In this document: positions 46,634 through 56,558 of the stretch, piece by piece | How positions within the stretch are numbered: the first letter of the stretch is position 1 | Layout of the letters: every line of letters starts with the position of its first letter | Assembly: GCA_963727765.1 (NCBI GenBank) | Contig: CAVSGZ010000010.1 | Span: 64,346 to 128,345, forward strand | Origin: an uncultured Acidobacteriota bacterium | GTDB lineage: Bacteria; Acidobacteriota; Vicinamibacteria; Vicinamibacterales; Fen-181 | DNA: 64,000 bases | Reading direction: 5' to 3' | Program-made: the position numbers and the translations under genes | Notes under the pieces: generated by a model | Told to the model about the DNA's origin: nothing | What the model saw: the letters and a program-made list of their open reading frames with translations, nothing else | Databases searched by the model: none

Positions 46634-47143
46634 GACGCGGCTCCAGACTTCGCTCCCACCGAGCAGGCGGTCTACGACGCGCTGGCGGCGCTCGGCATCG
46701 CCTTCGAGCGGTTCGCTCACCCGCCGGTGTTCACGGTGGAGGAAGCCGAGCGCTACTGGGCGGGCATCCCGGCGACCCACTGCAAGAACCTGTTCCTGCG
46801 CAATGCGAAGGGGTCGCGGCACTACCTGGTCGTGCTCGGTCACGCGAAGAAGGCGGACCTCAAGGCGCTGTCGGCGGCGCTGGGCGACGACCGACTGAGC
46901 TTCGCGTCGCCGGATCGGCTGATGCGGTTCCTGCACCTGACGCCGGGAGCCGTGTCGCCGTTCGGCCTGATCCACGACTCGGCGCGCGACGTCATCGTCG
47001 TGCTCGACTCGGACCTGCCCGGCACCGACCGAATCGGGTTCCATCCCAACGTCAATACGGCTACGATTACGCTGCTTACGGCCGAGTTTCTGCGATTCCT
47101 CGCGTCGCGCGGGAACATCGTGAAGCGGATCGCGATGGCGTAG
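46631..47143 (+). CDS. YbaK/ProX-type aminoacyl-tRNA trans-editing domain protein
   Basis: 170 aa with the CKNLFLRN...HYLVV...PGAVSPFGL pattern typical of prolyl-tRNA-synthetase-associated editing domains. Confidence 0.7.
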   Translation: MDAAPDFAPTEQAVYDALAALGIAFERFAHPPVFTVEEAERYWAGIPATHCKNLFLRNAKGSRHYLVVLGHAKKADLKALSAALGDDRLSFASPDRLMRFLHLTPGAVSPFGLIHDSARDVIVVLDSDLPGTDRIGFHPNVNTATITLLTAEFLRFLASRGNIVKRIAMA

Positions 47144-47201
47144 CTGGCAGCGGAACGCCGCCGAAAGCCGAACGCCGAGAGCCGTCAGCCTGAGAGGACC
47201 C

Positions 47202-49161
47202 ATGTCAAACCCTGATACCCACGAAGCCGTGGCGGTCCAGCCCTTCCCGAGGTCCTTCTGGACGGCCAACGTCACCGAGCTGTTCGAGCGCGCCGCCTAC
47301 TACTCGATGGCGAGCTTCGTCGTCATCTACCTGGGGCAGCTGGGGTTCGGCGACACGTGGCCCTCGTTCCTCAACTCCACGGTGCTCTGGGGGCTGGTCT
47401 ACTTCCTGCCGATCCTCTCCGGCACCATCGCGGACCAGATCGGCTTCCGGCGGGCGCTGCTCATCGCGTTCGTCCTGCTGGCGGCGGGCTACGTCCTGAT
47501 GGGATACCCGGTGTGGTTCGGCGGGAGCGTGCTGGCGCCGACGATCGGCAAGGACTTCACCGCGAGCACCCGCGACGCGGTCGTCGTGATCGCCGCGATC
47601 CTGCTGATCGGCGTCGGCGGGTCGATCGTGAAGCCCTGCATCTCGGGCACGGTACAGAAGACCGCGGGCTCGAGGGCGACGCTGGGGTTCGCCATCTTCT
47701 ACATGGTGATCAACATCGGGTCGCTCTTCGGGCGCGGCACGGCGTTCGTCGTCCGGAGCGGGTCGAGCGTGGGCACGATCCTGACGGTCGTCGCCATCTG
47801 CTCAGCGGCGGCGGCCGGCCTCGTCGCGCTCGTCTATTGGACGACGAGGGCCGACAGGGCGAAGACGAGCGTCTTCATCCCGACTGTCGGGTTCACGCTC
47901 ATCGTCGTCGCCGGCGGCGCGACCGTGTTCGGCCTGTTCAGCGCCCGCGCGGCCGAGCGGTCGGGCCTCGACGCGGCGCGGCTCTCCTACATCTTCGCGG
48001 TGGCCGCCGTGGCCGCCGCCGTGGCGTTCTTCGTCGTGCTGTTCGCGTACCGCGAGCCCGTGATGGCGGCCGGCGCGCCGGCCAAGCCGAAACGCTCGCC
48101 CGGCCGGATCCTGATGGACATGGTGCTCGTGCTGGGCAGCCTCCGGTTCGCGCTGTTCCTGCTCGTCATGTCGGGGTTCTTCTTCATCTACAACCAGGTC
48201 TACAACGTGCTGCCGTTGTACGCGAAGCGGGTCGTCGAGACCAACCCGGCGATGGATCTGTACACGGCGGCCAACCCGTTCATGATCGTGTGCTTCCAGC
48301 TCATGATCTCGCGCGTCTTCGGCAGGATGAAGCCCATCAAGTCAATGGTGGTCGGGACGCTGGTCGTCAGCGCCGCGATGCTGATCAACCTGGCGCCCCT
48401 CTACGTCGCCGGCGGCCCGCGGGCGATCGCCGCCAACTGGCTGCCGATCGCGTCGGTGTTCATCATCATGACCGTGGCGCTCATCGCCCTCGGCGAGCTG
48501 TTCACCTCGGCCCGGATGTACCAGGTACATCGGCGCCCTGGCACCGAAAGGGCAGGAGGGGCTCTTCCTCGGCTACGCGAACCTGCCGCTCGCGCTCGGG
48601 GCCATGGTCGGCGGCCCCGTCGGCGCGTTCATCTTCAACAAGATCATGGCCAGGGGCGCCACCACGCGTCCCGACGGCCTCCTCGAGCTGGTGCAGGCGA
48701 ACAATGCCATGGGATGGCTGGTGCTGCTGGGCATCGGCCTCGTGTCGGCCGCCGCTCTGTGGCAGTTCAATCGGTGGATCGAGCGGCCGACGGTGCCGCT
48801 GGCCCGCCCGGAGAAGGCGCCGGCCGGCGTGACGATCATCGGCGTCCTCGCCGTGGCTCTCGGCGCCTGGGCGCTGGTCGAAGCCGGCCTCCTTGTCGCT
48901 TCGTTCGAGCCGACGTTCCGGACCGTGGCGCCTCTCGTCCTCCTGGTGGGGTGGACCGTGCTCGACGCCAGCGTCGGCCTGCAGATGATCAACGGCAAGG
49001 CCTGGGCTCGCGGCGTCTTCATCGTCGGCTTCCCGACGCTGTGGGCGCTGACGGCGTCGAGTTTCAGCGGCATGGCCCTGGCGGCCAACGCCGCGTGCTG
49101 GTTGCTGGGGTTGCTGATTCTGACCCGACCCAGGGCGATTGCCTACTTCGGGGAGGAATAG
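47202..49161 (+). pseudogene. POT/PTR2-like (MFS) peptide transporter, frame broken at about 48522
   Basis: N-terminal ELFERAAYYSM motif and many TM segments. After ...TSARMY the frame degenerates. Skipping one base gives RYIGALAPKGQEGLFLGYANLPLALGAMVGGPVG..., the frame of ORF 48604..49161. Confidence 0.7.
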
Positions 49162-49164
49162 CCG

Positions 49165-51114
49165 TCAGTCGAGGTCGGCCAGCCAGAGCGCGACTTCGGC
49201 GTCGGACGGCATCCGCCAGTCGCCTCGCGGCGAGAGGGCCACCGACCCGACCTTCGGCCCGTCGGGCATGACGGACCGCTTCCACTGGTTGGCGAAGAAC
49301 CGCGTCACGAACACGCGCAGCCACTTCCTGATGGCGGCCGCGTCGTAGCGCCCGGCGAAGGCCTGCTGCGCGAGCATCTCGATCTTCCTCGGCCGGCTCG
49401 CCCAGCGCGCGAAATGATAGAGGAAGAAGTCGTGCAACTCGTAGGGGCCGATGATCTCCTCGGTCCGCTGGGCGATCGCCCCGGGCTCGTCGCCGGGCAA
49501 GAGCTCGGGCGAGATCGGCGTCGCGAGGATGTCGCCCAGGATGGAGCGCGCCGGAGCGAATGCCGGCTGCGCGGCCACCCAGCCCACCAAGTGCCGCACC
49601 AGCGTCTTCGGCACCCCCGCATTCACGTTGTAGTGCGACATGTGGTCGCCATTGAACGTGTTCCAGCCGAGCGCGATCTCCGACAGGTCCCCCGTGCCGA
49701 GCACCAGCGCGTGGAGCTGGTTGGCCCGGTTCATCAGGACCATCGTCCGATAGCGGGCCTGGACGTTCTCGTAGGTGACGTCGTGCACGGACGGGTCGTG
49801 GCCGATGTCGCGGAACTGGCGGAGGCACCCTTCGGTGATGTCAATCGTCTCGAGCGTCACGCCGCAGGCCTTCGCGAGGCGCTCGGCGTTCTTGCGCGTC
49901 CGGTCGCTCGTGCCGAAGCCCGGCATCGTTTCGGCGACAATCGCGGTGCGCGGGAGTTGGAGCGCATCGAACGCGCGCACGGCGACGAGCAGGGCCAGCG
50001 TCGAGTCGAGGCCTCCCGACAAGCCGATGACGAGGTGGGTGATGCCGGCGTGCGAGAGCCGCTTCACGAGCGCCGAGGTCTGGATCGCGATGATCTCCTC
50101 GGTCCGCCGGTTTCGCTCCTCGTCGTCGCGCGGGATGAACGGCGCCGGGTCGATGGCCCGGCGAAGGGGCGCGCCCGCGTGCAGCGGCAGTTCGACGTCA
50201 ACCATCCGCCACGACATGGCGGGGAAGGCGTGCAGCGAATCGCCGAAGCTGGTCGTCCGCTCGCGGTCGAGGCGGAGGTGCTCCACGTCCACGTCGGCGA
50301 CGACCATCTCGCCTTCGGTCTCGAAGCGCCGGGACTCGGCCAGCATCGCCCCGTCCTCGGCGATCATCGCGTGGCCGCCGAAGACCACGTCCTGCGTCGA
50401 CTCGCCGATGCCGCAGGAAGCGTAGGCGTAGGCGCAGATGCCGCGCGCCGACTGCTGGGCCACGAGCGAACGCCGGTAGTCGGCCTTGCCCACCAGCTCG
50501 TTCGACGCCGACAGGTTGAGGATGAGATGCGCGCCGTGCAGGACCTGGAACGAGCTTGGCGGCAGCGGACCCCAGAGGTCCTCGCAGACCTCGACGCCGA
50601 TGACCACCTCGGATCCGGCCTGCGCCCGGAAGAGGAGGTCAGTGCCGATCGGGACGTCGTGCCCGCCCAGCGTGACCTCCGACGCGACCAGGTCGCGCGA
50701 CGAGGCGAACCACCGCTCCTCGTAATACTCCTTGTAGCCCGGGATGTAGGTCTTGGGCACCAGGCCGCGAATCTCGCCGCCGGACACAACCGCCGCGGTG
50801 TTGAAGAGATTCCCTTCGGCCGCCAGCGGGAAGCCGACGACCAGGAGCGGCCGGATAGAGGACGAGGCCTCGGCCAGCGCGAGCAGAGAGTCGACGGCGC
50901 GGTCGAGCAGCAGGTGCTGGTGGAAGAGATCCCCGGCCGTGTAGCTCGTCAGGCTCAGTTCTGGAAAGACGACGACCTGCGCGCCCTCCTCGTCGGCGCG
51001 TCGGGCGGCGGCGAGAATCTGGCGCAGGTTGAAATCGAGGTTGGCGACCTCGAGCCGCGGAACGGCGGCCGCCACCCGGACGAAGCCGAAATCCGGCCGA
51101 GGCTCCTGGGTCAT
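49165..51114 (-). CDS. nadE: Glutamine-dependent NAD+ synthetase
   Basis: N-terminal CN-hydrolase domain (FPELSLTSY) and synthetase P-loop GLSGGLDS. Start set at ATG 51114 (alternative 51129). Confidence 0.9.
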   Translation of the reverse strand: MTQEPRPDFGFVRVAAAVPRLEVANLDFNLRQILAAARRADEEGAQVVVFPELSLTSYTAGDLFHQHLLLDRAVDSLLALAEASSSIRPLLVVGFPLAAEGNLFNTAAVVSGGEIRGLVPKTYIPGYKEYYEERWFASSRDLVASEVTLGGHDVPIGTDLLFRAQAGSEVVIGVEVCEDLWGPLPPSSFQVLHGAHLILNLSASNELVGKADYRRSLVAQQSARGICAYAYASCGIGESTQDVVFGGHAMIAEDGAMLAESRRFETEGEMVVADVDVEHLRLDRERTTSFGDSLHAFPAMSWRMVDVELPLHAGAPLRRAIDPAPFIPRDDEERNRRTEEIIAIQTSALVKRLSHAGITHLVIGLSGGLDSTLALLVAVRAFDALQLPRTAIVAETMPGFGTSDRTRKNAERLAKACGVTLETIDITEGCLRQFRDIGHDPSVHDVTYENVQARYRTMVLMNRANQLHALVLGTGDLSEIALGWNTFNGDHMSHYNVNAGVPKTLVRHLVGWVAAQPAFAPARSILGDILATPISPELLPGDEPGAIAQRTEEIIGPYELHDFFLYHFARWASRPRKIEMLAQQAFAGRYDAAAIRKWLRVFVTRFFANQWKRSVMPDGPKVGSVALSPRGDWRMPSDAEVALWLADLD

Positions 51115-51138
51115 TCCAGGTGCTATCATACGCCAAGC

Positions 51139-51621
51139 ATGCCAAAGTCTCCGCCGTCGACGCCCGCCGTGCTGTTCCTGCGCGGGCAGGGCGTGACCTT
51201 CTCCGAAATGTCGTATCGGTACGAGGAGCGGGGCGGGACAGCGGTGGCGGCCCGAGAGTTGGGCGTGCCCGAGCACGCGGTGGTCAAGACGCTCGTCATG
51301 GAAGACGATGCCCGCTCGCCGCTCATCGTCCTGATGCACGGCGACCGGGAAGTGTCCACCAAGGCGCTTGCCCGGCAGATTGGCGCGCGGTCCGTGTCGC
51401 CGTGCAAGCCCGAGGTGGCCACCCGGCACACGGGATACCTGGTCGGCGGCACGTCGCCTTTCGCCACGCGCAAGCCGCTGCGCGTCTATATCGAGCGGAG
51501 CATCCTCGGCCTGCCGATCATCTATCTCAACGGCGGCAGCCGCGGCTTCCTCGTCGGAGTTGCGCCGGCCGATGTCGTCCGGGTCCTCCGCGCGATGCTG
51601 GTGGATGTGGCGATCGGATAG
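51139..51621 (+). CDS. ybaK: Cys-tRNA(Pro)/Cys-tRNA(Cys) deacylase YbaK family protein
   Basis: 160 aa with the KTLV...V..GD.EV..K......GGTSPF pattern. ATG 51139 is divergent from nadE. Confidence 0.8.
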   Translation: MPKSPPSTPAVLFLRGQGVTFSEMSYRYEERGGTAVAARELGVPEHAVVKTLVMEDDARSPLIVLMHGDREVSTKALARQIGARSVSPCKPEVATRHTGYLVGGTSPFATRKPLRVYIERSILGLPIIYLNGGSRGFLVGVAPADVVRVLRAMLVDVAIG

Positions 51622-51626
51622 GCCGG

Positions 51627-52016
51627 CTATCTGAAGAAATCCACTACCGCGCGCGGCAGGTAGCGGGACAGGTTGTAGGAATCGATGTCCGGCGCGAGAA
51701 AGAAATAGGCCGCCAGGGCGGCAGCGAGCGCCATGATAATGAGCCAGGGCGCGGACAGGAATCTGGACTGCACCGCGCGCCTTCCGAGGACACGCAGAGC
51801 CAGCCCTGCCGCGAGGAGGCCGAGCGCGATGGGCACATAGGGCAGGACGGTCCGGGAATATCCCGTCAGCATGATGACGCCGATGGCACCGACTCCCGCG
51901 AGAAACGCCCACAAGGGTCGGTGCGGCCCAGTGGACGGCGGCGGAGCGTGGTCTCCCATCCACAGGGCGAGCAGGTCCGGTTTCGAGCCTGCGTCGCCGC
52001 TGTTGCGCCTGCCCAT
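51627..52016 (-). CDS. Hypothetical membrane protein
   Basis: Three hydrophobic segments. Start uncertain. No family recognised. Confidence 0.4.
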   Translation of the reverse strand: MGRRNSGDAGSKPDLLALWMGDHAPPPSTGPHRPLWAFLAGVGAIGVIMLTGYSRTVLPYVPIALGLLAAGLALRVLGRRAVQSRFLSAPWLIIMALAAALAAYFFLAPDIDSYNLSRYLPRAVVDFFR

Positions 52017-52040
52017 GGTTCCTGCCTCCTCCCGCCGTGT

Positions 52041-53979
52041 CTATCGATCCGGCGCGAAGTACCCCTGCCTGCTGTGTACCACAATTCCGGCCGTGCGTGT
52101 CCTAATTTCCACCGTTCGCCATTTGCCGTCGCGCGACGAGTTGGTGGAAGTGTAGCCAATGACATACCGGTGGCTGAGGTTGTCGACGATGCGCGCGTAC
52201 TGCGCGGACAACTCGGCGACCTCCTGGGGGAAGTAGGCCTGGCCCCCGGACACCGTGGCGAGCGCCGTCAGGCGCTCCGGATCGATCTTGGTGCCGAGGC
52301 CGACGGCGAACGCGGTGACGTCGACCTCGCGGAACAGGCCGATCACCTGCTCCCACGTGCGGGTGCTGCCCGGCCCCGTGCCCGGGTTGTCCTCGTCGCG
52401 GCCGTCGGTCAGCACGACCACGGCCTTGCGGCCCGTGTACCGCTTCAGCATCAGGACCGAGTCGCACAGGGCGTCGTAGAGCGCCGTGCCGCCTTCGGCC
52501 TCTGTACGCCGCGATCGCCTGGAGCGTGGACTCGCGCTCCTGTGTCATGCCGTGCGCGACCATCGACCTGTCGGCGAACGTGATGACCCCGAGCCAGTCC
52601 TCGGGCCGCAGCGCCCCGACGAACGCGGTCGCCGCCTCCACCACCTGGTCGGCGCTCCGCTTCATGCTGCCGCTCTGATCGAGTGCCAGCACCATCATGA
52701 CCGGCGTCGTCGCTTCCTGGAAGGTGTCGATCTTCTGTTCAACGCCGTCCTCGACGACGATGAGGTCGTCTTTGGTCACCTCGAGGAAGCGGCTCTGCAG
52801 ATCCATCGCGGTGAATTCGAGCGCCGGCTTCACCGGGGGAGGCTTTGGGGCGAAGTAGCCGGGCCGGGCCTTGACCATGAGGTCCGGAGCATGGGGCCGA
52901 ACGGCGATCGTGCGCCAGGTGCCATCACGGCGCTGGTTCGCGGGCGTGTAGGAGATGAGGTAGCGGAGCTGTGCGTCAGAGGCCAGCACGTCGTAGACGT
53001 CCGGCAGTTGGTCCGGCCTCGACGGAAAGAAGTACTTCCCGTTGGTCGCCGAGGCGATCTGCTTCAACTCATTGTGGCTCTTCAGCGAGATGCCGGCGAC
53101 GCCGCCGATGCCGACGCAGTAGACTGTGATCCCCTGCGCCTTGACCGCCGTCACCGCGTCCTCGAGCGAGGCGCGGCTGTTCTCGTCGTAGCCATCGGTG
53201 ATGAGGATGATGACGCGCCGGCCCGGTGTCGTGGACAGCCGCCCAGCCAGATCGATCATCGAGTCGCGCAGCGCGGTGCCTCCCTCCGCGGTAATCGCCT
53301 GAACGGCTTCGGCGATCGTCCGGCGGTCGTTGGTGGGTCCGGTGATGGCTCTCAGCCGGAGCGAGAACGGCGCGACGATCACGCGGTCGCGCGGGCGGAG
53401 GTAGGTAGCCAGCCTCCCGGCGGCCTCCTGCACGAAGTCGATGTTCCTCGACATGCTCTGGCTGCCGTCCACGAGCACGGCAAACGTCGTGGGGATCGCC
53501 TCCTGCGCCACTAGGTCAGGTTTCTGCGGCTTCCCGTCTTCCTCGAGCACGAAGTCCGAGGCGGTCATTCCCTTGACCGGCCGGCCGGCCTTGTCGTAGA
53601 TGGCCGCGTCGACGAGGACGCTCGTCACCTCGGTGATCTCGCTCAACTCGTAAGGGTCGAGGACGACCTGGTCGCGGCCAACCTCCCCGTCGGTTCCCTT
53701 CGCTTCGACGACGATAACCCGGCGCTCGAACGGATTGGAGTCGGTCCATTCGACGGAGTAAGGTGGGCCCGCCGTGACCGAGCCCTGCGGTTTGCCGTCC
53801 ACGCTGAAGCGGACCTCCGAGACGGTCTGGCCCTTCTGGGGTTTCACCTGCGCGACGATGCGGATGGTGCCGGGCGTGCCGGTGCGGCCGAGCGGGGAGG
53901 TGATGCGGACGGAGATATCTCCAGCGGCCGCGGGCGCGGCCGTGAAGAGCGCGATCAGGACGGCGGCGAACAGCGGCAT
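52041..53979 (-). pseudogene. Secreted protein with two VWA domains (acidobacterial VWFA-related type), frame broken at about 52503
   Basis: Signal peptide and two DxSxS MIDAS motifs (VLVDGSQSM and LALDQSGSM). After ...LQAIAAY the frame is lost. Skipping one base gives EAEGGTALYDALCDSVLMLKRYTGRKAVVVLTDGRDE..., the frame of ORF 52041..52451. Confidence 0.75.
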
Positions 53980-54010
53980 GTCGCAGGGCCTCGGGTCTTG
54001 GCTCGCATTC

Positions 54011-55336
54011 TCACGCGTACTCCGGTTCCCGCTCGGCGTCGTTCACGAAGTAGCTGTTGCAGGCGGCCTCGAGCAGCGGCCGAGTCAGTCGTCGCTCGAC
54101 GCCGGTGTAATCAGCCATCGCGAGCGCCTGGTTTATCAGGTCGCGGGGCTGACACCCGCGCAACGGGATGTGGCGCGGATGGAAGTAGTCGCGGAGCAGC
54201 CCTTCGACCATGGCCTCGTCGAACTCCACGCCGACCTCCGCGCAGTAGTTCCTGAAGATCGCCAGGAAATCACGGGGCGTCGGGCTCTCGGCGAAGACCT
54301 TGAACTGGATGCGTCGAAAGAACGCTTCGTCCACCAGGTCGGCGGGCCGCACGTTGGTGGCGAACACGATGAACGTGGTCAGCGGGATGTCGAACTTCAA
54401 TCCGGTCTGGAGCGTCAGGTAATCGTGGCCGGTCTCGAGCGGCACGATCCAGCGGTTGAGGAGATCGCGAGGGGCGCAGTGCTGGCGGCCGAAGTCGTCG
54501 ATCACGAGCACGCCGCCGTTGGCGATGACCTGCACGGGCGCCCGGTAGAACCCGACCGACGGCGCGTAACTGGCTTCGAGGCTGTGGAGCATGAGTTCGC
54601 CGCCGACGACGATGGCGGGGCGCCGACACCGGACCCACCGGCGGTCGGGCTGCGGACCCTGATCCAGGCACGTCCGCTCGGTGCCGGCCTCGGGCTCGGG
54701 CACCGTCTCGTGGGTGACCGGGTCGTAGAAGCGGATGATCGCGCCTTCGACCTCGAGGGCATGCGGGATCGCGATGTCGCCGTCGAGCAGTCCGGAGATG
54801 GCCTGGGAGATGGCCGTCTTGCCGTTGCCGGGCGGGCCGTAGACGAACAGCGAACGGCCGGCGCGGATGGCCGGGCCGAGCTGATCCAGGACCCGGTCGG
54901 ACAACACCAGGTGGCGATAGGCGGCGCGCAGCCGGCTGGGTGTCACGTCGTTGACCGTCGTCTCTCGGAAGCGGCGCATGTAACTGCGGTACTGCTCCAG
55001 CGGGACGGGCGCCACGCCGACGTAGTGGTTGCTCTGGAGGAACAGCGCGGCGCGCTCGCGCCCCGCGTCCGAGATGCGGTACCTGAAGGCCGGGCCGCCG
55101 AGCACCAATCCGTTGACGACCTCGCAGTGACGCTGCGCCTTCAAGTCGTCGAGGGCCGGCTCGAGAACGGAGAACGGCAGGCCGAGGCGCGCCGACAAAT
55201 CGGCGCCGCTGATGGTGCCGGCCAGGTGGAGCGTCTTGAGCACCAGCTGAACCAGCAGGCCGACGTTCAGACCCGACTCGGCGACGGTGGCGGGGGCTGG
55301 CGGCGGTTCGACGTACGGGCGCTCACCGGCGTTCAT
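54011..55336 (-). CDS. AAA+ ATPase with N-terminal winged-helix-like domain
   Basis: Walker A GPPGNGKT and Walker B VLVIDDFG. Start set at ATG 55336 (MNAGERPYV). Confidence 0.7.
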   Translation of the reverse strand: MNAGERPYVEPPPAPATVAESGLNVGLLVQLVLKTLHLAGTISGADLSARLGLPFSVLEPALDDLKAQRHCEVVNGLVLGGPAFRYRISDAGRERAALFLQSNHYVGVAPVPLEQYRSYMRRFRETTVNDVTPSRLRAAYRHLVLSDRVLDQLGPAIRAGRSLFVYGPPGNGKTAISQAISGLLDGDIAIPHALEVEGAIIRFYDPVTHETVPEPEAGTERTCLDQGPQPDRRWVRCRRPAIVVGGELMLHSLEASYAPSVGFYRAPVQVIANGGVLVIDDFGRQHCAPRDLLNRWIVPLETGHDYLTLQTGLKFDIPLTTFIVFATNVRPADLVDEAFFRRIQFKVFAESPTPRDFLAIFRNYCAEVGVEFDEAMVEGLLRDYFHPRHIPLRGCQPRDLINQALAMADYTGVERRLTRPLLEAACNSYFVNDAEREPEYA

Positions 55337-56282
55337 AGTCACTCTCTCCGTCCGGATGCGCGTCAGCCAGCCGGCGGGCCTGAGCGGCACGTTCGGCCAC
55401 GAACGGCAAGCCGGGCTCGAGCGACGCCGCGCGGCCGAACGCGGCGGCCGCGGCGCCGAAGCGGCCCTGCGCCATGTGGAGGACGCCCAGGTTGTAGGCC
55501 ACGGCGGCCGGATTGCCCGCAGCGGCGAATTCACGCTCGGCGCCCAGGAGGTCTCCCTGGACCGCGTAGGCCAGCGCCAGGTTGTTGCGGGCGGGCGCCA
55601 GGCCAGGCTCGATTGCCAGCGCCCGCCGGCACGCCTCACCCGCGGCGGCGCCGTCGCCCTCGGCAATCCACGAATAGCAGACGTTGTTCAGGGCGTAGGC
55701 CGCGCGGGGATCCAGAGCCAGGGCGCGCTCGAACTGGGCGCGGGCCTGGCGGTGCTTGTCCAGTGCCTCGAGGATTGTGCCGAGGGTGTTGTGGGCGGCG
55801 GCGGAATCTCGCGCAAAGAACACGGCGCGCGACGCGGGTCCCATCGCCCGATCAGGGTAGCCCCAATCGCGCCAGATCCGGGCCATGCCGTCCCATGCCG
55901 CGGCGTTCCGCGGCTCGAGCTTCGATGCCTGCGAGTAATGCTCGAAGGCCTGATCCAGGATCCCGGTGGCCCTGTACGCGTCGCCCACGGATATGTGGTT
56001 CTCCGCCGTCGGATCGACGGACAGCCACGCCAGCGACTCCTGGAGGGCTGCGGACGAGCGTTCGACGGTGCCAAGGCCGGGAAGCGACAGGGCGCGGCTC
56101 GAGTGACCGCGCCCACACAGTTCGGGGATCGTGCGACGACACGTCTTCCGTGCCGGCTGCCGGAACAGGCGTCGGCCGGGCTGGCGGCTGGCCGGACGGC
56201 AAAGCCACTTCGGCCGGGCCGCGCCGACGCGCATCCAGACACCAGCAGCGTCTACGGCCAGAACGACCTTGTACCGGTTCAT
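55323..56282 (-). pseudogene. tadD: TPR-repeat lipoprotein, TadD-like; N-terminal region needs frame corrections
   Basis: The C-terminal 240 aa are clean TPR repeats. From ATG 56282 (MNRYKVVLAV), skipping one base at about 56252 yields the lipobox TLLVSGCAS. At least one more shift is needed to rejoin the TPR frame. Confidence 0.6.
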
Positions 56283-56498
56283 GGCGATGGGGCGCTTAGG
56301 AGCGCGCCTTACTTGCCGTCGGCCTCTTCGCTTGCGCAGCCGCGCGCGGCGCCGCGCAATATAGGCCACCAGGAGCACTGCCGCCACGACGAGCAGAACC
56401 GACATTCAACATTGCCACTCCTCCTTCGCCGGCTTGGCCGGCACGACACGCTTGCTGCCATGCCGACCGCCTTCGCTCTTCGAGCTACGGCGGACAAG

Positions 56499-56558
56499 CT
56501 GCCTACTGCCTACCGTTCGACTCGCTTCGCTCGCTCAGGGCCAGCTGCCTACCGCCTA
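56499..56558. repeat. Heptamer units CTGCCTA x2 ... CTGCCTA CCGCCTA flanking a CTCGCT-rich spacer
   Basis: Read directly. Minus-strand TAGs at 56505, 56512, 56551 and 56558 close all three frames at the tadC 3' end. Confidence 0.75.

Noticed and set aside
56283-56405. Small TM-plus-basic peptide (MSVLLVVAAVLLVAYIARRRARLRKRRGRRQ...) fused in frame upstream of tadD in the ORF track
   Set aside because: It could be a separate tiny membrane protein or just a 5' extension of the ORF. With frame errors this dense locally, I cannot define its end or support it as a gene.
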